Shown here: positions 63,337-64,000 of the stretch, in pieces
How the letters are laid out: every line of letters starts with the position of its first letter
Numbering within the stretch: position 1 is the first letter of the stretch
From: Gammaproteobacteria bacterium
GTDB lineage: Bacteria > Pseudomonadota > Gammaproteobacteria > Eutrophobiales > Eutrophobiaceae
DNA: 64,000 bases
Direction: 5' to 3'
Assembly (NCBI GenBank): GCA_965261775.1
Contig: OZ253477.1
Coordinates: 1,738,178 to 1,802,177 of the forward strand
Notes under the pieces: generated by a model
The model's database searches: none
The model's input: the letters and a program-made list of their open reading frames with translations, nothing else
What the model was told of the DNA's origin: nothing
Made by a program: the position numbers and the translations under genes

Positions 63337-64000
63337 TCAGGGTGTGCCTCTGACACATTCACTTGTTCGTATGCCGCATTCCCGCTGTTCAGATGCCTCC
63401 GGTCGTTCCAGCAGAAACGCGACTGGCTTCCTCTCTGGATAATACCACTCGGAATAAAACGGGGTAACCCGATAGCTTCCGTCATCCGCTATCCTTTGTG
63501 TCGGGTAGAATGGCGGGGGCAAGGATTGTCCATTCCGGGCTGCCTGCGCTGGCGCCAGAATAAACCGGCACTGCCCGAACAAACCATCGTCCGGGAATGG
63601 AAACGCCGCCCGTCGAGCGTACAGCATTACCATCGTGGCCTCTGGCGCATAGATGCAGTCCTGTTCCGGGACATACGCTGTCAGTCTCTGTAATACCGCA
63701 ATCACATCCCGGTTCCGCACGGCCAGTGCCAATGCCCGTGTCTCTGTGGACGCCCCTTCCAGCCAGAAGCGGCTACGCCGATATGGCATCAGTTCCTCCT
63801 CAATATCGGTATAGGCGCGACTGATAAAGTTCCGGCTGTTGGGGGCGGCCAATACGGTGATGGAGACGCAGGCCAGCGCCAGCAGCAGATAATGGGCTCT
63901 GGCGGATTGGCGGGAGGCAAAAATGCCAAACCAGATATAACAGACAAACAACGGCAGCAGGGGGTAAAAAAAGCGGGAGACAAAATACACGCCGGTATAA
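63337..64000 (-). CDS. Hypothetical membrane/periplasmic protein, possibly 5'-partial at the window edge
   Basis: No stop upstream of the GTG at 63990 before the window ends. One N-terminal TM helix, then a Pro/Arg-rich soluble domain. The segment is locally GC-rich. Confidence 0.5.
   Translation of the reverse strand, partial: YTGVYFVSRFFYPLLPLFVCYIWFGIFASRQSARAHYLLLALACVSITVLAAPNSRNFISRAYTDIEEELMPYRRSRFWLEGASTETRALALAVRNRDVIAVLQRLTAYVPEQDCIYAPEATMVMLYARRAAFPFPDDGLFGQCRFILAPAQAARNGQSLPPPFYPTQRIADDGSYRVTPFYSEWYYPERKPVAFLLERPEASEQRECGIRTSECVRGTP

Overview
This is a 64-kb chromosomal segment from a gammaproteobacterium, with about 46 % GC by eye. Most genes are housekeeping genes in short synteny blocks of the Pseudomonas type. 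The blocks recognised are rpmG-rpmB-radC | coaBC-(dut)-algC-argB, pyrE | crc-like, yggT-proC-yggS-pilT-pilU, TIGR02449-zapA-6S RNA | pepP-ubiH-ubiI, fur | bamE-rnfH-ratA, petABC-sspAB and pcnB-folK-...-panC-panD. Other content is an RND efflux operon, three tandem PilT/PilU-family pilus-retraction ATPases, a Tat-secreted PhoX-like protein, a Hanks-type Ser/Thr kinase beside an ABC exporter, and several hypothetical secreted or membrane proteins. No tRNA, rRNA, CRISPR array or intact mobile element was found. The most striking features are an orphan pqqA-like precursor-peptide gene that the ORF track missed, an unannotated 6S RNA, and a cluster of decayed genes at positions where synteny predicts intact ones. 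The decayed genes are mutM downstream of rpmG, dut between coaBC and algC, yggS with internal stops between proC and pilT, and an HtrA/DegS remnant. Several ORF-free stretches of 0.5-1.1 kb accompany them. Together these suggest a genome in an early stage of reductive evolution, such as a host-associated lineage. All homology calls come from reading the translations against remembered family motifs, because no database search was possible.
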